A DNA stretch of 62,585 nt, taken from NCBI GenBank assembly GCA_043819135.1, contig JBDRFG010000088.1, positions 1 to 62,585 of the forward strand. The letters run 5' to 3'. Position numbers and translations under genes: made by a program. Shown in pieces: positions 27,786-37,823 of this stretch. The notes beneath the pieces were generated by a model. That model saw nothing but the letters and a program-made list of their open reading frames with translations. It searched no databases and was not told where the DNA came from. How positions within the stretch are numbered: position 1 is the stretch's first letter; each line of letters starts with the position of its first letter. The stretch is from Candidatus Eiseniibacteriota bacterium. Its GTDB lineage: Bacteria > Joyebacterota > Joyebacteria > Joyebacterales > Joyebacteraceae.

Positions 27786-30743
27786 GTGCGGAAGGCCATT
27801 CTGCTGTTGGCTCTCGTGTTCGCGCTTCCGGTTCTGGCTCTGGCTGCGTCGACCATCGTCGTGAGCGATCACCCGGAGGTGGTGTCCGCCCGCGTCGTCG
27901 AGTCCGACGCCCAGCGGACGGTTCTCGAATACGGCGTCGGGAGCTTCACGAAGACCCCAATCGACATCGAAGGGGAGGTGTTCCATCAGATCCGTCTTGA
28001 GGGGGAAGGCTCCATTCTGAAGAGAGGGTTCCCCGAGCTCCCGCACGTCGCCCGCAGCATTGTCATCCCCGACGACGCCGAGATGCACGTTCGGGTGGTG
28101 TCGTCGCACTACGTCGATTTCCAGGGCGTAGACGTGGCGCCGTCCAAGGGCGTGCTCACTCGCAACATCGACCCTGCAACGGTCGCTCATTCGTTCGACC
28201 CGATCTACGAGACCGACCGATGGTATCCCTCGGATGTCGCGTACGCACGCGAGCCCTACATTATGCGCGACGTCCGTGGCGTCGTGGTGGTCGTCAACCC
28301 GTTCCAGTACAACCCGGCCACACGGACGCTTCGGGTCTACGATCGCGTCACTTTGGAGGTCAGCGAGATCGGTCCCGGGAAGACCAACGTGCTGACGCGT
28401 CGTCCCGCCACTCTGAACACGGAGTTCCGGAAGATCTACGAGAGGCACTTCCTGAACTTCGTCGAGGCCACCGGCACGCGCTACCCGCCCGTCGCAGACG
28501 CCGGCAGCATGCTGGTCATCTGCTACGATGACGCCGGTTTCCTCGCGGCGATGCAGCCGCTGGTCGACTGGAAGAACCAGATGGGCGTGCCCTGCGAGAT
28601 GGTGACCGTGACGGACGCCGGCGGCACCGCCGACGGGATCAGGAGCTATGTCGCGCAGTACTACAACGACAACGGTGTGACCTTCGTGCTTCTTGTCGGA
28701 GACGCGGCGGAGCTGCCGACGCTCACGGCCGCCGGTGGTTCATCCGACCCGTCGTACTCGACCATAACTGCCGACATGTACCCTGAGCTCTTTGTCGGCC
28801 GTTTCTCGGCGGCCACGGTCGCCCAGGTGCAGACCCAGGTGCTTCGCACCATCGAGTACGAGAAGACACCGCAGGCGGCGGCCACCTGGTACCACAAGGG
28901 GATGGGTGTCGCGTCCGATGAGGGTCCCGGTGACGACGGCGAGTACGACAACGTCCACATCGACAACATCCGCGCGGACCTTCTTGCCTTCACTTACACG
29001 GAGGTCGACCAGATCTACGACCCGACCGGCACGGCGGCGATGGTCTCGGACGGTCTGAACGACGGGCGAAGCATCATCAACTACACGGGTCACGGCTCCA
29101 CGACGTCGTGGGGCTCGACCGGTTTTTCCAACACGCAAGTGAACGCGCTCGTGAACGACAACATGCTTCCGTTCATCATCAGCGTCGCGTGCGTCAACGG
29201 GCAGTTCACCTACTCCACCTGCTACGCCGAGGCCTGGATGAGGGCGACCAACGGCACGGAGCCTACGGGCGCCATCGCCACATACATGTCGTCCATCAAC
29301 CAGTCTTGGAATCCTCCGATGGACGCCCAGGACGAAATCAACGATCTTCTGGTGGGGATATCATCCAGCGGGACCAGGAGGACGTTCGGCGGGCTGTGCT
29401 ACAACGGCAGCGGCCACATGATGGACGTCTACGGCGCCGACGGCGAGGACATGTTCCTGACGTGGCACATCTTCGGTGACCCGTCTCTCAGGGTCATGAC
29501 AGACTCCCCGACCGCCCTGACCGTAACCCATGACGCCAACGTCGACGCGTTCGCGTCCAGGTTCGAGGTAACCATCGACGGCGTGGAAGGAGCGCTCGCG
29601 GCTCTCTACCACGGCGGTGTCCTTTACGGCTCGGCCCTCACGGCGCCGAGCGGCATTGCCACCATCGACATTCTCGGACCGCTACCTGAGAACACGGACG
29701 TTACGGTCACGGTGACGTCGTTCAACGCTCTGACCTACGTCGGTTCGGTGCACAGCGGCGGCGCCTACGTTCCCATTATCTCTGTCGGGCCGCTGTTCTT
29801 CGACGAGTCGATGGCGTCCGACGACGTCCGCGTCGATACGCTCGCGATCGACAACGTCGGCGACCCGCTCTCCAACCTTCACTACGACATCGAGGTCGTG
29901 GCGTCCGGAGCGAGAGTGGCCTTCGGGTACGACGGTCGCACGAACACGGCTGTGCCGATCGACGCTGATTCAAGAGCCTGGCTGGAGGTTACGAGCCCCG
30001 ACGGTGGGGAGAGCTGGGCGGTGGGCGACGAGCACGATATCACGTGGGATTCCGGCGGACAGACGAGCTTCATCAAGATCGAGTACTCGCCGGACGGCGG
30101 CTTGAGCTGGGTGACGATTGTGGACGGCACGATCAGCGACGGAGTCCACCCGTGGGTGGTCGATGCTCCGCCGACCGATCTCTGCCTCGTTCGTGTCAGC
30201 ATGAGCGCCGATCCGGAGACGAATGACACGAGCGGCTGGGTCTTCTCGGTCTTCCAGGAGATCAACTGGCTGTCGGTTGCTCCCGTGACCGGCGACGTGC
30301 CCGTGGGGAGCCGCTCCGACGTCGAGGTCACGTTCGACGCCACGGGCCTTTCGGACGGCGACTACTACGCCGACATCATCGTCTCGAACAACGGTGGTGA
30401 CCCGGTCGTCGTCCCGGTGGTGCTCCACGTCGGTGCGACGGGCGTAGACGAGTCCGACGTGCCGTCGATGTACGTCCTCAGGGGCGTGAGCCCGAACCCG
30501 TTCAATCCCGTGACGACAGTGGCCTACGGAGTTCCCAGGGATGCATCCGTGCGGCTCGCCGTCTACAGTGTGGCCGGTCGTCTGGTGCGCACCCTCGTGG
30601 ACGGGGAAGTCGGGGCCGGCTACCGCACGGTAGTGTGGGACGGCCGCGATGACCGGGGGGTGGAGGTCGGAAGCGGCGTCTACTTCTGCCGTATGGAAAC
30701 CGATGGCTTCGGCGACACCGCGAAAATGGTGTTGATGAAGTAG
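27786..30743 (+). CDS. Gingipain-like C25 cysteine peptidase (prodomain, catalytic, Ig, FlgD/T9SS-type CTD)
   Basis: Prodomain (APSKG..RN.DP, MRD.R, PFQYNP), NYTGHG, SVACVNG, INQSW.PPM..QDE, IFGDPSL; CTD PNPFNP...WDGRD...SGVYF...KMVLMK. GTG 27786 follows GAGGAGG. Confidence 0.92.
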   Translation: MRKAILLLALVFALPVLALAASTIVVSDHPEVVSARVVESDAQRTVLEYGVGSFTKTPIDIEGEVFHQIRLEGEGSILKRGFPELPHVARSIVIPDDAEMHVRVVSSHYVDFQGVDVAPSKGVLTRNIDPATVAHSFDPIYETDRWYPSDVAYAREPYIMRDVRGVVVVVNPFQYNPATRTLRVYDRVTLEVSEIGPGKTNVLTRRPATLNTEFRKIYERHFLNFVEATGTRYPPVADAGSMLVICYDDAGFLAAMQPLVDWKNQMGVPCEMVTVTDAGGTADGIRSYVAQYYNDNGVTFVLLVGDAAELPTLTAAGGSSDPSYSTITADMYPELFVGRFSAATVAQVQTQVLRTIEYEKTPQAAATWYHKGMGVASDEGPGDDGEYDNVHIDNIRADLLAFTYTEVDQIYDPTGTAAMVSDGLNDGRSIINYTGHGSTTSWGSTGFSNTQVNALVNDNMLPFIISVACVNGQFTYSTCYAEAWMRATNGTEPTGAIATYMSSINQSWNPPMDAQDEINDLLVGISSSGTRRTFGGLCYNGSGHMMDVYGADGEDMFLTWHIFGDPSLRVMTDSPTALTVTHDANVDAFASRFEVTIDGVEGALAALYHGGVLYGSALTAPSGIATIDILGPLPENTDVTVTVTSFNALTYVGSVHSGGAYVPIISVGPLFFDESMASDDVRVDTLAIDNVGDPLSNLHYDIEVVASGARVAFGYDGRTNTAVPIDADSRAWLEVTSPDGGESWAVGDEHDITWDSGGQTSFIKIEYSPDGGLSWVTIVDGTISDGVHPWVVDAPPTDLCLVRVSMSADPETNDTSGWVFSVFQEINWLSVAPVTGDVPVGSRSDVEVTFDATGLSDGDYYADIIVSNNGGDPVVVPVVLHVGATGVDESDVPSMYVLRGVSPNPFNPVTTVAYGVPRDASVRLAVYSVAGRLVRTLVDGEVGAGYRTVVWDGRDDRGVEVGSGVYFCRMETDGFGDTAKMVLMK

Positions 30744-31034
30744 CGCGGTTACAGACGCTCTTTCTGCGGAGGCGGGCGGCGGTAGGACCCGGGACATGGG
30801 GTCGACCACGCCCGCCTTCGTTTCTTCACGCCGTAAGAAGGCCCGGGCCGCGAGGCACGGGCTCCTCACGCCCGTCGCGCTGCAGACTCTCGATGGCAGA
30901 TTCAGAACAGTATGGTATGGTTCCTGCAGCGGTTCTCCGGTGACTCGATTGCGCGATGCGCATCTCAATGCACGGGTGTATACTACGTGTGAAGGTGCAA
31001 AGGTCCTTCGGGACGACGCTTCGCGCCCCCGGGA

Positions 31035-34000
31035 ATGCGTATGGTGGCGCCCTTGAGGAGGTTCCCCTTGTCAGGAAGCTGCATTGCTCTTTGCCTCGCG
31101 CTTCTCCTGGTCTTCAGCGCCAACGCCGAAGAGGTCGTGCTGCTTAGCGACGCGGCCGATATCCTTGAGGTCGAGCTGCTGGACGCAGGACCCGACAGGA
31201 TCGTCATCGAGTACCGGCTCGGGAGCTTCTCGACGGACACCATCGAGATCGACGGGACGGTTCACAACTCCGTGTCGCTGGGTGGGGAGAGCCGGAGCCT
31301 GGAGAAAGGGCTCCCTGACCTCCCGAACGTGTCCAGGAGCATTGTCATCCCGGACGACGCTGAGATGTCGGTGAGCGTTCTGTCGTCCCACCACGTCGAG
31401 TTCACGCCGTTCAGTATCGCCCCGTCCAGGGGAGAGATCGAGAGGACCGTCGACCCTGCGACCGCTCCTTACGAGTTCGACGCCTTCTACGGCACAGACG
31501 CCTGGTATCCGGCCGAGCTGGCGGAAGCGCGAGCGCCCTACATAATGCGCGATCTGCGCGGCATGGTCGTCATGCTCAACCCGTTCCAGTACAACCCCGT
31601 CTCCCGCACGCTGCGCGTCTACGACCGCGTGACCGTCGAGATCGAGCGCGTGGGGCCCGGGCGCGTCAACGTGCTGACGCACCGTCCGCCCACGGGGATC
31701 ACGCCGGAGTTCGCCGACATCTACGAGCGCCATTTCCTGAACGCCGGGAGTGACAGGCTCGCGCGCTACTCCTCCGTGGGTGAAGTGGGTAACATGCTCA
31801 TCATATCGCACGGTGACTTCATCACCGCGATGGAGCCCTTCGTCGAGTGGAAGACGCAGATGGGCATTCGGTGCGAAATGGTAAGCGTGACGACCGCCGG
31901 GGTCACCGCGCCCGCGATCCAGAGCTACGTTCAGGACTACTACGACACGAACGGCATGGCGTTCGTGCTCCTCGTCGGAGACGCGGCACAGGTACCGTCG
32001 CTCTCGGCGAACGGCGGTCCGTCAGACCCGTCCTTCTCGCTCGTGGCGGGATCGGACACCTACCCGGACCTCTTTGTGGGACGGTTCTCGGCGGAAACGG
32101 TCCCACAGGTGGAGACCCAGGTGCTTCGGTCGATCGAGTATGAGAAGCTGCCCCAGGCAGGCGCCGACTGGTACCACAGGGGCACCGGCATCGCCTCCGA
32201 CCTCGGTCCCGGCGACGACAACGAGTACGACGACGAGCACGTGGACAACCTCCGGACCGACCTTCTGGGGTTCACGTACACCGAGGTAGACCAGATCTAC
32301 GACCCCAACGCCGACCCCTCGATGGTCGCCGCCGCCCTCAACGAGGGTCGAAGCATCATCAACTACACGGGACACGGTTCCTACCTGGGATGGACTTCCT
32401 CCGGTTTCTGGAACTCCGATGTGAACGCGCTCATGAACGACAACATGCTGCCCTTCATCTGGTCCGTGGCTTGCGTCAACGGGATGTTCACGCAACCAGT
32501 GTGTTTTGCGGAGGCGTGGCTTCGGGCCACCAACGGGACGGAGCCCACGGGAGCCATCGCGGTCCTGATGTCCTCCATCAACCAGGACTGGGACGAGCCG
32601 ATGGACGCTCAGGACGAGATGGTGGACCTGCTTGTCGCAGGGGCCAAGCGGACGTTCGGGGGGCTCAGCATGAACGGCGGTTGCCACATGCTGGACGAGT
32701 ACGGCACCGCCGCCGAGGACGACTTCCTGGCCTGGCATGTGTTCGGAGATCCGTCACTGCGTGTGCGGACAGACACGCCGGAGCCGCTGTCGGTCTCGCA
32801 CCTCTCGTTCGCTTCGCCCGCGGACTTGACATTCAGCGTGACGACTGACGGGGTGGAGGGCGCTCTCTGTGCGCTCTCTCGCAACGGCGTCTCCTACGGC
32901 GCGGCGTTCACCGACGCCGGCGGGACGGCGGTGATCGACATCGACGGCGTGCTTCCGGCCAACGAGGACGTGACCGTTACGGTGACCTCCTTCAACGCGA
33001 CTTCGTACTTCGGCAGCGTTAGCGTGGGTGAGGCCTACGCCGCGATCATCGATGTCGCTCCGTCCTTTCTAAGTGCCAGCATGGAATCCGACGCGACCGC
33101 GACGGACACGCTGGTCATCGGAAACGCCGGGGAATCACAGTCCTTGCTTCAGTACAGCATCGGGATCACGGACGTCGGAATGACCCGGCTTCTCGATGAT
33201 TCGGGCATGACGGTCGATCCGACCGTGTGCGAGCCGGGAAGCACCTTCGATCTCGTCTTCACGCTGGCGAACGAGTGCACGGACGAGGAGTGGGTGAACG
33301 GCGCGAGCCTTGACTTCCCGGACGGCGTGGTCGTCAACTCCTGCACCGACTTTGTTGTCTCCGACAGGGCTCTCGTCTGGGAAGGGACCTCCGGGAACGG
33401 GACCCGCGTGACCTGGTCGGGCAGCTGGTGGAACGTCGTCTACCCCGGAGAGACCGCGCAGGCGACGGTCAACGTCACGGTCGACCCCGGGTACGCTCTG
33501 AACGTCGGTATCATATTCGGCCTTGAGGGCGACGGCTACGGTGACCCGCCGCATTCTCTCAGTGGAACGCTGGTCGTTGATTGCGCCGTCGACCCGCCCC
33601 TGACCCTGCTTGCGCCCAACGGAAGCGAGGCCTGGGGGGTGGGCGAGGCGCACGTCATCAGATGGGACCCGAGCGTCGTGCCTCACCTCGTGGTCATCCT
33701 CTGTTCGGTGGACGGGGGGAGCAGCTGGGAGATCGTCGCAGCCGGGACGGAGGACGACGGCGAGTACACGTGGATCGTCGACTCCCAGGTCTCGGACAAC
33801 TGCCTGGTCAAGGTCCGTCTCGCGGTGGACCCGAGCGTCGACGACGTCAGCGACGCGTCCTTCACCGTCTATCAGCCCGTCGACTGGCTCTCCGTTGCGC
33901 CGGCGGGTGGGACACTGGTCGCGGGCACGGCGGCCTCGGCCGAGGTTCTTTTCGACAGCGGGGGGACGGCGGACGGTGACTACTACGCCGACATCGTCGT

Positions 34001-34358
34001 CTCCAGCAACGGAGGCGACCCCGTAGTGATACCCGTCACGCTGTGCGTGTCTTCGGCCGGTGTCGACGACAGGATCCCGCAGAAAGCGGTCGTGTACGGG
34101 AACTACCCGAACCCGTTCTGGCCGTCGACCGGGATCGCCTTCTCCGTCCCGCGTACCACGCTGGTCAGGCTCTCTGTCTACACGGTGAGTGGTCGGCTGG
34201 TGACGACTCTTGCCGACGCGACGTTCGGCTCGGGGCGTCACGTCATTCCGTGGGACGGAAGCGGCGCATCCGGGGAGAGTTTGCCTGCCGGGGTCTACTT
34301 TTACAGGTTTGAGACCGCCGACGCTGAACTCACCGGCAAGATGGTGCTGCTGCAATAG
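31035..34358 (+). CDS. Second gingipain-like C25 cysteine peptidase with FlgD/T9SS-type CTD
   Basis: Same motifs (NYTGHG, SVACVNG, VFGDPSL; NYPNPF...WDG...GVYF...KMVLLQ). Exact start uncertain. Confidence 0.92.
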   Translation: MRMVAPLRRFPLSGSCIALCLALLLVFSANAEEVVLLSDAADILEVELLDAGPDRIVIEYRLGSFSTDTIEIDGTVHNSVSLGGESRSLEKGLPDLPNVSRSIVIPDDAEMSVSVLSSHHVEFTPFSIAPSRGEIERTVDPATAPYEFDAFYGTDAWYPAELAEARAPYIMRDLRGMVVMLNPFQYNPVSRTLRVYDRVTVEIERVGPGRVNVLTHRPPTGITPEFADIYERHFLNAGSDRLARYSSVGEVGNMLIISHGDFITAMEPFVEWKTQMGIRCEMVSVTTAGVTAPAIQSYVQDYYDTNGMAFVLLVGDAAQVPSLSANGGPSDPSFSLVAGSDTYPDLFVGRFSAETVPQVETQVLRSIEYEKLPQAGADWYHRGTGIASDLGPGDDNEYDDEHVDNLRTDLLGFTYTEVDQIYDPNADPSMVAAALNEGRSIINYTGHGSYLGWTSSGFWNSDVNALMNDNMLPFIWSVACVNGMFTQPVCFAEAWLRATNGTEPTGAIAVLMSSINQDWDEPMDAQDEMVDLLVAGAKRTFGGLSMNGGCHMLDEYGTAAEDDFLAWHVFGDPSLRVRTDTPEPLSVSHLSFASPADLTFSVTTDGVEGALCALSRNGVSYGAAFTDAGGTAVIDIDGVLPANEDVTVTVTSFNATSYFGSVSVGEAYAAIIDVAPSFLSASMESDATATDTLVIGNAGESQSLLQYSIGITDVGMTRLLDDSGMTVDPTVCEPGSTFDLVFTLANECTDEEWVNGASLDFPDGVVVNSCTDFVVSDRALVWEGTSGNGTRVTWSGSWWNVVYPGETAQATVNVTVDPGYALNVGIIFGLEGDGYGDPPHSLSGTLVVDCAVDPPLTLLAPNGSEAWGVGEAHVIRWDPSVVPHLVVILCSVDGGSSWEIVAAGTEDDGEYTWIVDSQVSDNCLVKVRLAVDPSVDDVSDASFTVYQPVDWLSVAPAGGTLVAGTAASAEVLFDSGGTADGDYYADIVVSSNGGDPVVIPVTLCVSSAGVDDRIPQKAVVYGNYPNPFWPSTGIAFSVPRTTLVRLSVYTVSGRLVTTLADATFGSGRHVIPWDGSGASGESLPAGVYFYRFETADAELTGKMVLLQ

Positions 34359-34394
34359 CATCTCCAGACGAGGCTTCTGCCGGCATGCAATAGA

Positions 34395-34433
34395 AGAGGG
34401 CCGCCCATCGGAACGGGCGGCCCTCTCGCTTTT
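34395..34433. terminator. Intrinsic terminator between convergent C25 genes
   Basis: AGAGGGCCGCCC-atcggaac-GGGCGGCCCTCT then cgctttt. Confidence 0.8.
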
Positions 34434-34524
34434 CCTGCGCCATGGCATCGCGCCCGCGCGTGCACTGATCGCGCTCGGACTACCTCAGCACGATCATCTT
34501 CTTCGCGCTCGCGTTGGCTCCCGC

Positions 34525-35166
34525 CTAGATGCGGACGCGCCCCGCGGAGGAGTAGTCGAGTTCCACGACAAGGCGCCTGGTCACTCGCAGCTCCAGCGCG
34601 GCGTCGTCGTAGGAGAGAGGGAACACACGTAGCGGCACGACCCTGAAATCGCGCATGGTGGCGGGCTCGCCGACCTCGGCCTGGGCGAAGGAGAAGCCCT
34701 TTCTCGCGTATGCGGCCTCGTCCAGCATGAGCGGCTGGTCGATCGTCCAGTTGTCCGTGCGGGCGGGCAGGGGCGTGATCCCCCGGAGGACGTCGTGACC
34801 CTCCTCGATGATGCGCAGCTCCACGCCGGCCGTGGGCGGGATGGCAATGAGCGTTCCCGCGACGGACAAGAGCGGCTGGCCAGGCCTGCCCAGAGGGCTC
34901 GCACCCGGGACGCGTACGATATCGAACGTGCGCCCCTGGATATCGACGCTCTCGATGTGAGGGGTCGGGAACAGCACTTCGACGAGCGTTCGGTTGTCGT
35001 TCGACTCCAGCACTCGGAACACAAGTTCGTTCCAGGCCGCGGGCGTTGCGACGTCCGGCGCGACGGCAGCGGCGGCGATCGCCACTGTCAGGATTGCGCA
35101 CGAGAGTGCGGTCACAACGGCCGGATTGCCCAGCCTGAGCGTACGCGAGCGCTTCCTCAGCGTCAG
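34525..35166 (-). CDS. Stand-alone C25 (gingipain) prodomain protein; possibly an internally deleted remnant
   Basis: Signal peptide plus sequence colinear with the neighbours' prodomains (RVLES, IAIP, EP..MRD.R, P..Y, LRV..R). No catalytic domain. The frame stays open upstream of GTG 35115 to CTG 35160/35166 behind GGAGGAGG. Confidence 0.75.
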   Translation of the reverse strand: MTLRKRSRTLRLGNPAVVTALSCAILTVAIAAAAVAPDVATPAAWNELVFRVLESNDNRTLVEVLFPTPHIESVDIQGRTFDIVRVPGASPLGRPGQPLLSVAGTLIAIPPTAGVELRIIEEGHDVLRGITPLPARTDNWTIDQPLMLDEAAYARKGFSFAQAEVGEPATMRDFRVVPLRVFPLSYDDAALELRVTRRLVVELDYSSAGRVRI

Positions 35167-35346
35167 ACCCCCTCCTCCGAAGGATATGGTCTACTGCCGC
35201 TCGTTCTGCCTTCAGTCGTTCGTGGGACGTTCGGAGACGGCAATCAACAACGCCCCGAGGAGTTCTGCCTCGCTCCGGACAACAGATTGCCGCGCGCCCG
35301 GGCCGCCAACTGCTCGCGGCGCGAACGTATCTTACCTACGTACCGT

Positions 35347-35375
35347 GTTTTATCACATTTTACAGTATTTGTCTA
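35347..35375 (-). promoter_or_regulatory. Sigma70-type promoter of the prodomain gene
   Basis: TAGACA-N17-TAAAAC with extended TG in an AT-rich patch. Confidence 0.5.
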
Positions 35376-35402
35376 TGATGCTCCTCGGCCGGATCGGCCG
35401 AT

Positions 35403-36488
35403 CTATCTGAAGCACCGGAATCCGATCGTTTCGGTCCGGTAGAGAGGGCAGAGGTCTTTCACGGGGTCGACAAGCTCTGGCATCGCCGTGGCCCAGCTGC
35501 CGCCGCGGAGGGGCCTGGTCGCGCAGGAGAACGTGCCGTAGTCGACGACGGCCACGACGTCGTTGCACCACTCCCAGGCGTTGCCGATGGCGTCGGCGAT
35601 GCCAAGCGGGCTGTCGCCGACGGGGCTGTGGCTTCCCACGGGCGCGGCGCTCTCAGACCCGTCGTTAGTGAAGCCGCCGAAGCTGTAGTGCTCGTAGCCG
35701 AACCGGACGTTGGCGAGTGTGAACCACGGCGGCTCCGCTCCGCCTGTTCTCTCGTTTCCCCAGCTGTAGGCTCTGACGTCCAGGCCGGCCGCCTCAAGCC
35801 ACTCACCGGATGAGGGCAGCCTCCTGCCGGCCCACTTGCAGTACGCGTACGCCTCGAACCAGCTCATGCCAAGCACCGGCGTCGATGCCAGCCCTGAATT
35901 CGGGTCGGTCGACCACGGTGGCTCCGCTGACGGGTCCCAGAACCTCGGGGCCAGCCACTGGAACTTCCCGGCGTAGTTCCATCCGGTCTCGACGATCTCG
36001 ATCGTTCCGTCGTCCACCAGCCAGAAGTCCATGAACTCATAGCCGTCTGAGAGGACGAACGCGGCGAACTGCTCGTTGGTCGTCTCGTACTTGTCGACTA
36101 GGAAATCCGGGCCGCCTGTCGAGGCGACAGCTATCATCTCGCCCCCAAGCCCGATGCCGTCATGGGCGAGGATTCTAGGAACGAGAGGTTCCGGTAGTCC
36201 GGTAGCCACCGCGAGATCAATGGCGATTACCTTCGCAGTCCCGGAGAGGACACCGGTTCCCATGTCTCCACCGATCCCGGTGACAGGACCGTCAACGCCG
36301 CCGTCGGCGCCCGCGAAGCGCAGAAGGACAGTCATGCGGTCTCCGTCCGGGTCGTCGACGTCGTACGTGATGCGGATCGTGTCGCCGGCCGTCTCCACAG
36401 AGACGTTCATGATCATCGGGACAGTGTTCCCGGAACACGTGATCGCGAGAGCGACCGTGGCGACAGCGGTGAACACCAGCAGTCTCAA
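35403..36488 (-). CDS. Secreted SUMF1/FGE-sulfatase-domain protein
   Basis: DKYETTNEQF, SWFEAYAYCKWAGRRLPS..EW, GNAWEWC, RGGSW, IGFRC. Confidence 0.88.
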   Translation of the reverse strand: MRLLVFTAVATVALAITCSGNTVPMIMNVSVETAGDTIRITYDVDDPDGDRMTVLLRFAGADGGVDGPVTGIGGDMGTGVLSGTAKVIAIDLAVATGLPEPLVPRILAHDGIGLGGEMIAVASTGGPDFLVDKYETTNEQFAAFVLSDGYEFMDFWLVDDGTIEIVETGWNYAGKFQWLAPRFWDPSAEPPWSTDPNSGLASTPVLGMSWFEAYAYCKWAGRRLPSSGEWLEAAGLDVRAYSWGNERTGGAEPPWFTLANVRFGYEHYSFGGFTNDGSESAAPVGSHSPVGDSPLGIADAIGNAWEWCNDVVAVVDYGTFSCATRPLRGGSWATAMPELVDPVKDLCPLYRTETIGFRCFR

Positions 36489-36535
36489 AGCGTCCCCCTG
36501 AGTGCGCGGTTCTATCCGACACGAACCGGATTCGC

Positions 36536-37696
36536 CTAGAACGGCGCTGGCCCCAACGTCCCGATGACAGGAAGTGCGTTCACTACGACCCCGATTAGAA
36601 AGGGGACCACCAGATAGATCGCGACCATTACGAGCGTGGCTCGCCTCCCCAACACGTTCAGAAGGAGCGGGATGGAGCTCATGCAGATGCCGGTGCTAGC
36701 GAGCGCGAACGCGAGCGCGTGTCCCATTGTCAGTCCCATGCCCGATAGCGGCGCGCTCAGCAGAATCTCCTCGCCTGCGCACATGTTGATTGGGACGCCG
36801 ATGACCACGACGGCCGCCATGGAAGCTACACCCGATTGGAGGATCGTTCCGACGTAGTCCGCGGGTAGAGCCGCGGTGAAGAGCGAGCCGAGCACGACCC
36901 CGAAGAGAACGTAGCTCGCAAGCCCGGTCAGCATGGCCCAGCCCGTCAGCAGGACGGACCCGCCCGCACCGGGAGCGGTCGCACAGGCCCCGGGTGATGT
37001 GGACTCCCCGTCCGGGGCTGCTCCTTCACCGGGAGTTCGCGCCGGGGGAGACAGGAACGGACGCACGAGCAGGGCGACCGCGAGAGCGAGCGCGAGGCTC
37101 GAGACCACGCGCAGGACTAGGTAACTGCCGCCCAGGAGCGTGAAGGCGAGGGACATTATGATTGGGCTGAGGAGCGGCGCGGTGGCGAGGAAAACGAGTC
37201 CGTCGCGGGTACCTGTACCGCCGCGCTCGATCATGGCTTTGGCGATGGGGATCACCCCGCACGAGCAGACCGGGAGGGCAGCGGCGAGTCCAAATGCGGG
37301 GAGCACCCCGCGGATGCGGAAACGCCGGGATTTCGCGATCAGGACGCCGGAGAGAAGACACCCGAGCACGAAGACCGGCAGGACCATTGCGGTGTAGTAC
37401 CATGCCGCCAGGAAGAAGGTGTTGAGGAACCCCCCGAGCGACTCCGGGCCGCCCGTGGCGACTGTGCCGATCGGGCACACGCCGCAGAACGAGAAGATGC
37501 CCAGCCTGGCGGCCGGTACGAGGCTCGGAAAGACCACCAGTACCGCAAGCACTGAAAGGACCGCCATGACCGCGGTACGGGTCCGCGTTGTCGCAGCCAG
37601 CGGCTTCATGTGCCAGCGGCCGGTGCGGGTCAGGATCGTCCCGACGGCGAGGATGAGTGTGAGCGCCACGACCGCGGCGCCGAGCGGAGCTTCCAC
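36536..37696 (-). CDS. Predicted permease (ArsP/DUF318 family)
   Basis: LPVCSCGVIP, FLATAPLLSP, PINMCAGEE; multiple TM. Start set at GTG 37696 behind GGAGG. Confidence 0.82.
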   Translation of the reverse strand: MEAPLGAAVVALTLILAVGTILTRTGRWHMKPLAATTRTRTAVMAVLSVLAVLVVFPSLVPAARLGIFSFCGVCPIGTVATGGPESLGGFLNTFFLAAWYYTAMVLPVFVLGCLLSGVLIAKSRRFRIRGVLPAFGLAAALPVCSCGVIPIAKAMIERGGTGTRDGLVFLATAPLLSPIIMSLAFTLLGGSYLVLRVVSSLALALAVALLVRPFLSPPARTPGEGAAPDGESTSPGACATAPGAGGSVLLTGWAMLTGLASYVLFGVVLGSLFTAALPADYVGTILQSGVASMAAVVVIGVPINMCAGEEILLSAPLSGMGLTMGHALAFALASTGICMSSIPLLLNVLGRRATLVMVAIYLVVPFLIGVVVNALPVIGTLGPAPF

Positions 37697-37823
37697 TGCC
37701 CACGTGCCTCCCAGGGGGCTTAGATATTGAGGGGCAAGCATAGCGGCCGGGGACCTCGCCCGCAAGACGGGCCTCCATCCAAGATCGCCCACGGGAATGG
37801 CTGATGCGTCGCTCATTTCCGCC

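Noticed and set aside
30985..31030. c-di-GMP-I riboswitch before the second C25 gene (GCAAA...GACGC)
   Set aside because: Only one hairpin, with UUCG instead of GNRA; no P3 or receptor.
34525..34527. Genome-wide TAG recoding or pyrrolysine
   Set aside because: Many intact genes here end in TAG at their expected C-termini (groEL, valS, both C25 genes), and no pyl genes are present in the window.
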